Source of the DNA: Gammaproteobacteria bacterium
GTDB taxonomy: Bacteria; Pseudomonadota; Gammaproteobacteria; Pseudomonadales; Azotimanducaceae
Direction: 5' to 3'
Length of the DNA stretch: 64,000 nt
NCBI GenBank assembly: GCA_002725995.1
Contig: PBRQ01000028.1
Coordinates: forward strand, 743 to 64,742
The position numbers and the translations under genes were made by a program. Below the pieces are notes generated by a model. The model saw only the letters and a program-made list of their open reading frames with translations. It did no database searches and was not told where the DNA came from. Positions 1 through 8,408 of the stretch are shown one piece after another (position 1 is the first letter of the stretch; each line of letters opens with the position of its first letter).

Positions 1-878
1 ATCCAGTAGAGCAGGCGCTGATCCCAACGGTCTGCCATGCCACCAAAAAACAACTTACCCGCTATCATTGAGCCGGCAATAATGGACATCAGAAGTGCTG
101 TTTTCTGTTGGCTTATACCGATATCAGCGGTAATCAGACTGAGGTTGGCCTGTATTGTTGAAAAAGCCGCCAGTGCAGGAAGAAACGCGATAATGGGAAT
201 CCAGAAGTTTCTGCTCTGCAGCACCTTCCTCGTCGTCCACTGGGTAGCCTGTTCACCTCCTGACTGCGCTGATTCCGACAGGGCCGGTGCTTCTGGCTCA
301 ATGCCTTTTTCCTTCGGTGTGTTGCGAATGATCTTCCAGACCAGGGGCACGATGATCAGCACGATCAAAAATGCAATGATCTGGTGGCCCTGCCGCCAGC
401 CCAGATTCATCAGCAAGTAAATGGCAAAGGGAGGCATAATGAGGCCGCCGATAGAGGTGCCAGTCGAACCCCAGCCGATTGCAAGACCGCGACGTGCACT
501 AAACCATTTTGCCGCTAAAGTCTGCGCGGCGAGGGGACCAGACAACACGGTCCCGACAGAGATCAGGGTCGCGTAGATGGTTATTACCTGCCACATGGCG
601 GTTGCAAATGAAATAAACAGGAAGCCAATTGCCAGACAGGTTGCGCCGCTGATAATCAGCACCCTGATAGAGAAGGCGTCTAGGATCTTTCCTGCGATCG
701 GGGATACCAGACCCATGGCAATGTTGAATATCATAAATGTGGCGGTGATTTGGGTTCGGCCAACATTGAATTCGGTCATCCAGGCTTCTGCCCAGAAAGT
801 AAAAATGTAAATTGTGAAGCCAAATGAAATAGCCTGGAAGACCACCCCAACCCCTACGATATTCCAGCCGTAGTACAT
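1..878 (-). CDS. MFS-type transporter, N-terminal ~292 codons (3' end lies beyond the window start)
   Basis: Absent from the ORF track because it has no stop in the window. Hand translation of the minus strand from ATG 878-876 gives MYYGWNIVGVGVVFQAISFGFTIYIFTFWAEAWMTEFNVGRTQITATFMIFNIAMGLVSPIAGKILDAFSIRVLIISGATCLAIGFLFISFATAMWQ...AAKWFSARRGLAIGWGSTGTSIGGL...FFGGMADRWDQRLLYW. The frame stays open to position 1, with serial hydrophobic helices and MFS-like R-R-G and D-R-x-x-x-R loops. The + ORFs 37..420 and 577..810 are antisense shadows. Confidence 0.75.
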   Translation of the reverse strand, partial: MYYGWNIVGVGVVFQAISFGFTIYIFTFWAEAWMTEFNVGRTQITATFMIFNIAMGLVSPIAGKILDAFSIRVLIISGATCLAIGFLFISFATAMWQVITIYATLISVGTVLSGPLAAQTLAAKWFSARRGLAIGWGSTGTSIGGLIMPPFAIYLLMNLGWRQGHQIIAFLIVLIIVPLVWKIIRNTPKEKGIEPEAPALSESAQSGGEQATQWTTRKVLQSRNFWIPIIAFLPALAAFSTIQANLSLITADIGISQQKTALLMSIIAGSMIAGKLFFGGMADRWDQRLLYW

Positions 879-913
879 CGCTTATTCCCTGTGCTTGATA
901 GCTTTGCGTGAAT

Positions 914-957
914 TCTAGTTGTTCTGAGCTCTAGTTTTCGTGAGCCCTAGTCTGAAC
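914..957. repeat. Tandem imperfect 16-bp direct repeats (2.7 copies) in the divergent MFS/SDR promoter region
   Basis: The copies are TCTAGTTGTTCTGAGC (914-929), TCTAGTTTTCGTGAGC (930-945) and CCTAGTCTGAAC (946-957), head to tail. A 10-bp palindrome AATTCGAATT lies ~35 bp downstream. Confidence 0.6.
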
Positions 958-1147
958 ACTGTACCCTATTCGCATGGTCGACGGTTAATTCGAATTTGAA
1001 TGGGTGCTTCCTGCAGATAGGAAACCAGTTGAAGGAAAGTGTCGGTTCATTGTAAGAATGAGCTGCTTACCACGAAGGGTTGTTTAACACTAGTGAATAG
1101 GCCATGGTGTAAACATCTGGAAACAAAAGGGTAGAGGAGATTGTTAT

Positions 1148-1924
1148 ATGGACCATCCATCATTGAAAGACAAAGTTGCCATTGTTACTGGTGCAGCACT
1201 TGGCATGGGTGCAGCAACGGCAAAACTTTTTGGCGCTGCGGGTGCCAGTGTCGTTGTAGCAGACCGAAATGAAGAGAAAGGTTTGGAGGTCGTTTCAGAG
1301 ATAACATCGGCCGGTGGCACGGCAATATTTCAGTTTGCCGATGTATCCAAGACATCCGATGTTGAAGCGTTGGTAAAAGCTGCTGTGGACAATTACGGTG
1401 AACTTAATGTTGCCGTAAATAATGCTGCCGTCACTCCGGACACACATCCCGTTCATGAGCTGGATGAGAGCGAATTTGACAATATTATTGCCATCAATCT
1501 GAAGGGTGTCGCTATTTGCATGAAGTATGAATTATTGCAAATTCAGAAGCAGGGGGCGGGTGGTTCAATCGTCAATATTGGCTCCGTTAATTCATTTCGA
1601 CCTCAGCCGTTTAGTACAGCTTATACCGCAGCGAAACATGCGGTGGTCGGCATGACAAAAGTGGCTGCTCTGGAAAATGCCGCCGGTGGAATTCGCGTCA
1701 ATGCCGTTGCACCGGGGGCAATTGATACGCCCATGTTGCAAGGTTCTATGGGCGGATCCCCTGATGAAGCAATGGTGGCCTTAGTTGCAGGTAGGCTTAG
1801 TTTGTTCAACAGGCTCGGGAAACCTGAAGAAGTTGCTCAGGCAAGTTTGTGGCTTTGTTCAGACTTGAGTTCGTTTGTGACCGGCTCAACCATGTGCGTG
1901 GATGCTGGATATACAAATAGCTAA
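1148..1924 (+). CDS. Short-chain dehydrogenase/reductase (classical SDR)
   Basis: TGAALGMGAATA Gly-rich NAD(P) motif, NNAAV, catalytic YTAAKHAVVG (YxxxK), PGAIDTP. GAGGAG RBS lies upstream of ATG 1148. Confidence 0.9.
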   Translation: MDHPSLKDKVAIVTGAALGMGAATAKLFGAAGASVVVADRNEEKGLEVVSEITSAGGTAIFQFADVSKTSDVEALVKAAVDNYGELNVAVNNAAVTPDTHPVHELDESEFDNIIAINLKGVAICMKYELLQIQKQGAGGSIVNIGSVNSFRPQPFSTAYTAAKHAVVGMTKVAALENAAGGIRVNAVAPGAIDTPMLQGSMGGSPDEAMVALVAGRLSLFNRLGKPEEVAQASLWLCSDLSSFVTGSTMCVDAGYTNS

Positions 1925-1937
1925 AATCTGGCGATAC

Positions 1938-1960
1938 AGGTTTCAGCTTCGCTGAAACCT
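1938..1960. terminator. Perfect 10-bp stem hairpin between convergent genes (possible bidirectional terminator)
   Basis: AGGTTTCAGC-TTC-GCTGAAACCT. It starts 14 nt after the SDR stop and overlaps the last codons of the minus-strand gene. There is no clear U-tract. Confidence 0.45.
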
Positions 1961-2953
1961 ATGCACGAAGTCGTTGTACTGTATATCCTGGCTATCACCC
2001 CAGCCGACCTTACCGCCGAGCTTCCATCGAGTCTGGCAGAAATAGACGTTCATGTTCTGCCAGGTTTGCCATGGCATTCTGGCTGTCACGGAGCCAGTGA
2101 TTTCATGCTCGCGCCCACCAACTTCCGTTAGGGAAAGTTCAAACAAGGTGGGTGCGAGTCCGTCTGTGTCGCGGGTTGTGAGTTTTGACGCAGACGCGAG
2201 GGGGACTGTCTCTCCATCCCTTCTGACATAACCCCAGATCAAATTTTTTCCGGCTGGACGGCCAGGATATGCATCCAGCCATTCCGGATTCTTTGCAGGG
2301 TCATCAAAAGCAAGGACATGAAATGCAAGCTCGTCGTTGAAGGCTCCGACCATCCAGGTCATTGGCGGTCCCCCACTTGCTGTCTCCTTACGTATACCAG
2401 CCCAGGATCGGTCACGGGTAAAGTAGCCATCAATCTCATAATCTGTGCCTGCCAACTGGAGTTGGCCCCTGGTACGCATGGACTGCGCGAAATGCTGACC
2501 ACCTGGTCGTCCCGCCGGCGGCATAATCGCCTTGTATCCAATCGAAAACGCCATGTCCCGATCTTCATCCTGACAGCTTATGTTGATTTCGTTGAGTGGC
2601 TCTATCACTTTTACCTTCAGGCCAAGCTCTTCAATGCCGTAGTCGTCAATATCTCCCTCAAGCATTGGCAGAAAGCCAAAATGGTTGATGTATTCGCAGG
2701 TCAGCGTGCTGGTTTTAATTCCTTTCCAGATGTAGACGCTGGCACTCATTACATGAAGCCGAGGGTGAAACCAGATGTAGATTTCACCGTTGATCTGGCT
2801 CTCGGGTATGTTGAATCCAAAGTAAGAAGTTTCTGTTGTTGCGTAGTGTGCATCCTCCGGGACAGGATGCAGGAATTCATCTTCAGGAACGGGTTTGCTG
2901 AGGGGCATGCCGTCAATGCCGCGTGATTGAGTAATTGTCTTTGAACTGTTCAT
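1943..2953 (-). CDS. Uncharacterised RDxSW-family protein, paralogue P1 of 6 (putative CrtC/AttH-like beta-fold)
   Basis: The N-terminal PEDEFLHPVPED matches DDEYLHPAPDG (P4) and EDEYRHEAPED (P5). The central YFTRDRSWAG matches the RDHSW motif of the other paralogues, and the C-terminal VGWGDSQ resembles their GxGxxE. GAAGGAG RBS; the start is 2 nt after the stop of the upstream kinase gene. Confidence 0.7.
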   Translation of the reverse strand: MNSSKTITQSRGIDGMPLSKPVPEDEFLHPVPEDAHYATTETSYFGFNIPESQINGEIYIWFHPRLHVMSASVYIWKGIKTSTLTCEYINHFGFLPMLEGDIDDYGIEELGLKVKVIEPLNEINISCQDEDRDMAFSIGYKAIMPPAGRPGGQHFAQSMRTRGQLQLAGTDYEIDGYFTRDRSWAGIRKETASGGPPMTWMVGAFNDELAFHVLAFDDPAKNPEWLDAYPGRPAGKNLIWGYVRRDGETVPLASASKLTTRDTDGLAPTLFELSLTEVGGREHEITGSVTARMPWQTWQNMNVYFCQTRWKLGGKVGWGDSQDIQYNDFVHRFQRS

Positions 2954-2955
2954 TT

Positions 2956-4431
2956 CTATGCTCCTTCACTTATCTTAAGCAACTGCGCACCTGTTTGTTG
3001 GACGAATTGGCGATAGAGCGGGATCCCCTGGTACGCCATCTTTGTTGCTCGGTAAGAATCACTCAAAAAGCCATACCAGGATACAGAGCAACAGGTAGCG
3101 TTGCGAACCTGGCCCCAGACTTCATAAAAGATGGAGTCCCGCTCGCGAAATTTGATCCCGCCTGCATCTTCGTAAGCTGCAAGAAATTGGTCCCAGGGCA
3201 TAAGGGGCTCAATGAATCTTCTGCAGTAACACAGATCCTCCATTGCATCACCGGCGTGTGCAAATTCCCAGTCGAGTAGTGCCACGATGGCTCCGTTATC
3301 AACAAGTATGTTGTGAAAGCCGACGTCTCCATGGCAAAGGGATATTATAGGAACATCGGCTGGGATATTGTTCAACAGCCACTGGAAACCAGCGGCCAGG
3401 GTTGGAGATACATGAACCCGCCGGTACAACCAGCGATCCTGCCACTCTTCTATATAGCTGCGAAGTGCTTCTCTGGGTGATTGCTGGGCATCAATCGAGA
3501 ACCCGTATCTGGAAGGGTCTTCATTGTGAAGCTTTGCCAAAATCGCTGCGAGATCGCTGCAAATAGATATGCTCTGTTTGCTGTCGGATCCCCAGGCTTC
3601 GGTCCCGGATTCACCAGACATCTTTTTCGATATCATAAACGGCTGACCAAAATAATCTGAATCCTGCTCACAAATAAGCGGTTCGGCCACCGGATACCCA
3701 TTCTCACAAAGGGCTTTCAGCAATTCATACTCATCAACAACAGTATTCTCGCCCGGCCCGAATGGCAGGTCCCGGCGGCTGACCAATGTCTCAATTTCAA
3801 CGCCTTTGACGGTCAGTTGAGAAATTGTGTGGGTGTCCTTGGAAAAACCACCTGGAATCCGCTTCACTCCAGCTACTTTGCCAACGTCCAGTAACGAGGG
3901 ATGTTTCTCTGCCAGGTAGTCGTTGACAATTTCATCTGTCAGATTCTTTTCCATGCTCGAGAGAAGCGAGGTGTTCCTGCTGGTACCTTCGCCCAGTGCC
4001 TGCTGCTCTGCAGCAAATAGATCCTGGTCATGGCGCAGGGTATCGAGCACAAACGGGTTAATTTCGGTGCCCTCAAAATGGTCAGCGGGAGCTTGAGAGA
4101 TAGCCATATCAACCGCTGATGCTGTTTCAAAATAATTTGTCGAAAAATCCGGACTGCCAACGGCAACGTCACTTTCAAGTTCATGGCCATGATTGCGATT
4201 GTTGGCTTGCCTGTTTCCTGGGTTGAGACCCTTGAGAAGGGCTGTGAGCTTCGCCGTATGTTCCGGCAGGAATTCCCCTGCTGACTGATCCCACATTGAT
4301 AAATAGGAGAGGACTTCCGTTGCCATCAGTGCTGAGAATTTGGCGTCGGAGCTCGTTAATTCAGGCAAGATAGTCGTCAGAATATCCGCCTTAACAGATT
4401 CGAGTACCTGTGAAAGGATAGGGTTTATCAT
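2956..4431 (-). CDS. APH-family phosphotransferase (kinase) with ~165-aa N-terminal helical extension
   Basis: The Brenner/APH catalytic motif is LCHGDVGFHNILVDNGAIVALLDWEFAHAGDAMEDL (HGDxxxxN...DWE). The APH domain begins near residue 165 (NDYLAEKHPSLLDVGKVAGVKRIPGGFSKDT). The N-terminal part resembles the separately encoded protein at 18991..19437. Confidence 0.85.
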   Translation of the reverse strand: MINPILSQVLESVKADILTTILPELTSSDAKFSALMATEVLSYLSMWDQSAGEFLPEHTAKLTALLKGLNPGNRQANNRNHGHELESDVAVGSPDFSTNYFETASAVDMAISQAPADHFEGTEINPFVLDTLRHDQDLFAAEQQALGEGTSRNTSLLSSMEKNLTDEIVNDYLAEKHPSLLDVGKVAGVKRIPGGFSKDTHTISQLTVKGVEIETLVSRRDLPFGPGENTVVDEYELLKALCENGYPVAEPLICEQDSDYFGQPFMISKKMSGESGTEAWGSDSKQSISICSDLAAILAKLHNEDPSRYGFSIDAQQSPREALRSYIEEWQDRWLYRRVHVSPTLAAGFQWLLNNIPADVPIISLCHGDVGFHNILVDNGAIVALLDWEFAHAGDAMEDLCYCRRFIEPLMPWDQFLAAYEDAGGIKFRERDSIFYEVWGQVRNATCCSVSWYGFLSDSYRATKMAYQGIPLYRQFVQQTGAQLLKISEGA

Positions 4432-4433
4432 GA

Positions 4434-5618
4434 TTATGACCTCAGCAATATGGTGCCTTTTTTGGCAAGTTCGTCAATTTCCTCGGAGCTGTAATTCATT
4501 TCATGGAGCAACTGCCTGCCATCCTGACCATGGCCAGGGGCAGAGCAGAGCGTCAGTTCGGAGCCAAAAGAGCTTGCCGCTGGCCTCGGTCCCCTGATAT
4601 TCCCAGCCAGGGGGTGGACAGTTTCTTGCAGATATCCAGCCGCTTCGACTTGAGGGTCAGATGCGACTTCTGCCGGTGATAAAACAGGCGCCGCAGGAAC
4701 ATCAGCCCCGCGAAGAACTTCGAGGAGGTCCGCCAGGGGGACATTAGAAATTGACTCCTGAAGCGTATTGAACCAGTCCGCTATGTCGGCGCCGCGTTTA
4801 GCGGCAGTCTCGAAGCGCCCGTTGTCGATCAAGTCCTGACGGTTAAGTGCCTCGCAGAAACTTTTTGCCTGCTTGTCGGTGCTGACCGCGAGACTGACCC
4901 ACCCATCTTTCGCCTTAAAGAGTCGGTAACTCGATAAGATATTGGGCTGATGTGTGGCATCATCATCCAGCAGACTGCAGTGCATCATGACGTCCATCCA
5001 GGTGAAGGTTATATTTGATTCCAGCATCCCGAGTTGTATGTGTGATCCTTCTCCCGTTCGGGCTGATTTAACCAGCGCTGCAGTAATTGCCTGGGCGTTG
5101 GCGGTCGCAGCCACTTTGTCGGCGACAAATCCGCGCACCAGTGTAGGATCGTCTCCAACCTGCTGGGCACTCGCCCATCCCGAAAGCGACTGGATGAGAG
5201 GATCATAAACAGGTAGATCCCTGTAGGGGCCGGTGGGCCCGAAGCCTGTTGATGAACAATAAACAAGGGATGGATATTTGCTGTTGACTGCATCGAACCC
5301 GAAACCCAGTTTAGAGAGTACGCCTGGGCGAAAACCTTCGATGAGTGCATCAGTAGTTTCCAGCAGTTGCCAAAGAATCTTCTTGCCGGCCTCATCTTTC
5401 AAATCCAGTGCAACCGACCGTTTGCCAGAATTAGCATGTGCAAACATAGCGCTGATGCCGCCTTTGTTGCTGCCATAGAATCGTAGTTCATCACCGGTGC
5501 CGGTATTTTCAATTTTGATGACCTCAGCGCCGTAGGATGCCAGCAATTGCGTAGCAAGCGGGACCGCTACCATCTGCCCCAGTTCAATGATTCGTATGCC
5601 TTCCAGTGGAGCTGTCAT
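4434..5618 (-). CDS. Family III CoA-transferase (CaiB/BaiF type)
   Basis: The N-terminal LEGIRIIELGQMVAVPLATQLLASYGAEVIKIE is the typical family III signature. The track ORF starts at GTG 5633, but AAGGAG precedes ATG 5618, which I prefer. Confidence 0.88.
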   Translation of the reverse strand: MTAPLEGIRIIELGQMVAVPLATQLLASYGAEVIKIENTGTGDELRFYGSNKGGISAMFAHANSGKRSVALDLKDEAGKKILWQLLETTDALIEGFRPGVLSKLGFGFDAVNSKYPSLVYCSSTGFGPTGPYRDLPVYDPLIQSLSGWASAQQVGDDPTLVRGFVADKVAATANAQAITAALVKSARTGEGSHIQLGMLESNITFTWMDVMMHCSLLDDDATHQPNILSSYRLFKAKDGWVSLAVSTDKQAKSFCEALNRQDLIDNGRFETAAKRGADIADWFNTLQESISNVPLADLLEVLRGADVPAAPVLSPAEVASDPQVEAAGYLQETVHPLAGNIRGPRPAASSFGSELTLCSAPGHGQDGRQLLHEMNYSSEEIDELAKKGTILLRS

Positions 5619-5794
5619 GCTGTCTCCTTTCACTCAGGTTGATGAATTAGTGCTTTTCTGCACTTTTTTAGAATCGCGGACCTCAGCCCGCTCGTGACAA
5701 ATCAACTGTTGTTGATTTTCGGCCGATACATTCATGTGTCGTTCTAACAGTCGGCTTTTCAGCAGCCTGCCAGCAGTTGTTATGGACCAGGAGT

Positions 5795-7201
5795 TCATGC
5801 CTGAAGCCACTCGGGCTTGCTTTCCCCGGGTTTCAGCGTTGGGCCTTGCCACACTGGTGCTGTTTCAGACATCTGTAGGACTGGTTTTAGCCTTTGCAGT
5901 TGCCCATACGATGACTCGCTGAATTCAGAATAGTCGTTAAACATCTCCCAGAGGCTGGCCTGGGTTTGCGATGCAGATTGATCGTAAGGTGTACCAAGGC
6001 TTAAAAACCACCTGGCCGTCTGGTTGAGTGATACCTTTACGTGCCAGGAGCCGCCAACCTCTGCCCGCTTCTTTAGTGCTGCCAGTACACCGTAGGCACC
6101 CCAGCAGCCCGTAGCATAGTCATGCATGGCGAAATGAAGCCGTTCTGGATCCGCAGGCGCCCCTGGTTGTTCGTGCAATAACAACACGCCAGATGCCGCT
6201 CTCACATTGCTGTCATAGCCGCGTTTATGTATCCATGGACCCTTGTGTCCATAGCAGTTTTCGGAAACGTAAATCACACCAGGGCTGGCTGCCGCGACCT
6301 GCTCTGGTGAAAACCCCCGCTGTGCCAGGTGTCCGGTGCGGAATGACTGGCTAAAAATATCGGCATCCCGCATTAGCTCTCTGAGCAGTCGCTTGTCTTC
6401 AGGTTTGTCGATATTTATATGCGCTCGCCGTTTGCCATGGCCCGTGTCGGCCTGGGAAGATTTCAGGTCTGCGAGGTGAGGAGCGCCGATGTGAAGTACG
6501 TCTGCACCAAACTCCGCGAGGGTGCGTGATACTGTCGGGCCTGCGAGTACGCGGGTCAAGTCCAGAACACGCAGACCACTCAGCGGTCTTGTCCCTTCAG
6601 GCAGGGGTGAGGGGGGTGCGTCACCAATTTGTTCCAGTTCAACCACCGGCAGACTGCTGGCCGCGTGTCCCTGGGGGTGGTTTAACCATTCCTTCTCATT
6701 GCGGAGCACGACTCCTGATAGATCCCTTTCTGTCAGGGCATCTTCCAGTTCGAAACTTTCCCATTCAGCTATTGCGGCTGCTGCCGAGTCACGATCTGGC
6801 TCACAGCCCAGTACTTCGAGGGTGCCGTTGGTGAGAGGCGGAAAAACACAGCTGATTGAAATCCACTTCCCGTCCCGGCACTTGAAGAGGCCTTCGACGG
6901 GCAGGTCATCCAGCTCGTCCATTGTGGTCGCAACCTCACCATCAACTTTGAGTAACCACATGCTGCTCATGAATAGTGCAGCATGGTTCAGGTCAACGTT
7001 GATTTCCTGTCGGCGCCCGCTACGGGCCGCCCAGATGTCATCGATACCGGAACCGACCATTGCCATCGCTGCGCCCATGCCAGAGGCAAGGCACATAGGG
7101 GAGGGGAATACGGGATCACCACCCTTGAAGCTCGTGGCTGACTGGGGAAATGAAACCCCTGAGGCGTCGATTATTCTGGCAAATTCCTTTTGTGTCATCA
7201 T
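5795..7201 (-). CDS. Family III CoA-transferase with ~200-aa N-terminal extension
   Basis: The internal LSGLRVLDLTRVLAGPTVSRTLAEFGADVLHIGAPH is the family III signature, beginning near residue 205. This is the first gene of the minus-strand operon 7201->1943. Confidence 0.85.
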   Translation of the reverse strand: MMTQKEFARIIDASGVSFPQSATSFKGGDPVFPSPMCLASGMGAAMAMVGSGIDDIWAARSGRRQEINVDLNHAALFMSSMWLLKVDGEVATTMDELDDLPVEGLFKCRDGKWISISCVFPPLTNGTLEVLGCEPDRDSAAAAIAEWESFELEDALTERDLSGVVLRNEKEWLNHPQGHAASSLPVVELEQIGDAPPSPLPEGTRPLSGLRVLDLTRVLAGPTVSRTLAEFGADVLHIGAPHLADLKSSQADTGHGKRRAHINIDKPEDKRLLRELMRDADIFSQSFRTGHLAQRGFSPEQVAAASPGVIYVSENCYGHKGPWIHKRGYDSNVRAASGVLLLHEQPGAPADPERLHFAMHDYATGCWGAYGVLAALKKRAEVGGSWHVKVSLNQTARWFLSLGTPYDQSASQTQASLWEMFNDYSEFSESSYGQLQRLKPVLQMSETAPVWQGPTLKPGESKPEWLQA

Positions 7202-7323
7202 GCCTGTTAAGGACCTTTGCCTGGGTTGATCGCGATCATCAGCATGAATGCGTCGGCGTCATAATGAGTTGATACAATAATGTAGCACGTTGTACCATGC
7301 AACCTGAGTTGTCTTCCTTTGGT

Positions 7324-7336
7324 CATATGAAATTGC
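7324..7336 (+). promoter_or_regulatory. Conserved 13-bp box CATATGAAATTGC, copy 1 (candidate shared operator/promoter element)
   Basis: An identical 13-mer occurs at 27818-27830. Both copies are on the + strand, in divergent intergenic regions 74-110 nt upstream of + strand operons. The flanks are also similar (TTTGGT / TTTGTGC immediately 5'). Confidence 0.4.
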
Positions 7337-7445
7337 TCCAGTTTAGTCCTTAGGGCGACTGAGTGGGCTGGATCGGCGGGGAACGACAAGTGAGCATAAA
7401 ACTGGTCCAGGTTATGGTAACCAGTTCTTTAAGGGGTAATAAATA

Positions 7446-8387
7446 ATGAAAGTGGGCCTGAGCTGGGATCTTGATCAGAATGCAGATCCCGTTGAAACTC
7501 CTGTTGAAAGATGGCGCTCGGTACTGGATGAAATTATCCAGGCGGATAACCTGGGGTTTGATAGTGTCTGGATTCCAGAAGGGCGGGATACCGCTGTCTC
7601 CTGTCCGCAACCGTCAATGTATTTAACCGGCGCTGCGGTTAAAACCAAAAGCATTCAACTGGTTGCTGCATCCAGAACCGTTGGGCACGCGCACCCGGTA
7701 CGAATTGCTGAGGAAGTGGCGGTACTTGATTTGTATTCACAGGGTCGAGCTGGTATCAGTTTCCTCTCCGGTGCAAGCCAGCAGGTAGCTGAGCAACATG
7801 TGCAGGAGGTCGTTGACTTTGTGAAGGTCGCCTGGACTGCGGATGAATTTCGCTATCGCGGCGACTACCTTCAGTTCCCCTCCAGTACGGGTGATGAAGC
7901 GCCAAGAGGTGCCAGTGAGCCCGAGCCGAACAGTGCCTTGGAATTCGTGCCACAGTGGGAAGCTGGTCCTGTGCAGCCAGAATTTCTGACTGTTACGCCG
8001 AAGCCGCATCAGCGCCTCCCCATGGCGTATATTGAAGTTGATGAAGAATCCACGCTTGAGTGGGCAGCGAGGCAAGGTGTATCACCTGTCGTGCGAGCTG
8101 ATGTTCCAACGGAAGAGGCGGTTGAGCGCCTTGCCCGTTATCGCAGGATTGCAGATGATGCTGGACGTAGTAGGGCGGAAGTAGACCCGATACTTGAGCG
8201 TCGACTGATTATTGATGGCGCCAGTGACCCGCATACCTTAGGTGGTACAAGTGATGAACTGATAAAGACTATCCGCCAGCTCAAGTTAGTGGGTAGTTTC
8301 AGGCACCTGGTGTGGAAGCGAGAAACAAGTAATGACGGCCAGTTATTGCAATTTGCCGGTGAGATACAACCATTGCTTCAAGCGTGA
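7446..8387 (+). CDS. Luciferase-like monooxygenase (LLM) family protein, divergent subunit
   Basis: The N-terminal MKVGLSW...LDEIIQADNLGFDSVWIPEGR resembles the LLM TIM-barrel start. It sits 21 nt upstream of a second LLM gene. Confidence 0.7.
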   Translation: MKVGLSWDLDQNADPVETPVERWRSVLDEIIQADNLGFDSVWIPEGRDTAVSCPQPSMYLTGAAVKTKSIQLVAASRTVGHAHPVRIAEEVAVLDLYSQGRAGISFLSGASQQVAEQHVQEVVDFVKVAWTADEFRYRGDYLQFPSSTGDEAPRGASEPEPNSALEFVPQWEAGPVQPEFLTVTPKPHQRLPMAYIEVDEESTLEWAARQGVSPVVRADVPTEEAVERLARYRRIADDAGRSRAEVDPILERRLIIDGASDPHTLGGTSDELIKTIRQLKLVGSFRHLVWKRETSNDGQLLQFAGEIQPLLQA

Positions 8388-8408
8388 AGAATAAGTGACA
8401 GGAGTAAG

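Noticed and set aside
5634-5852. 72-aa ORF between the two CoA-transferase genes
   Set aside because: It overlaps the 3' end of the upstream CoA-transferase gene, and has no RBS and no features.
6522-7229. Long + strand ORFs (235 aa and 102 aa) overlapping the CoA-transferase gene
   Set aside because: They are Ser/Arg/Pro-rich low-complexity translations lying antisense to a gene with a clear family III CoA-transferase signature. This is the typical shadow ORF of a GC-richer coding region.
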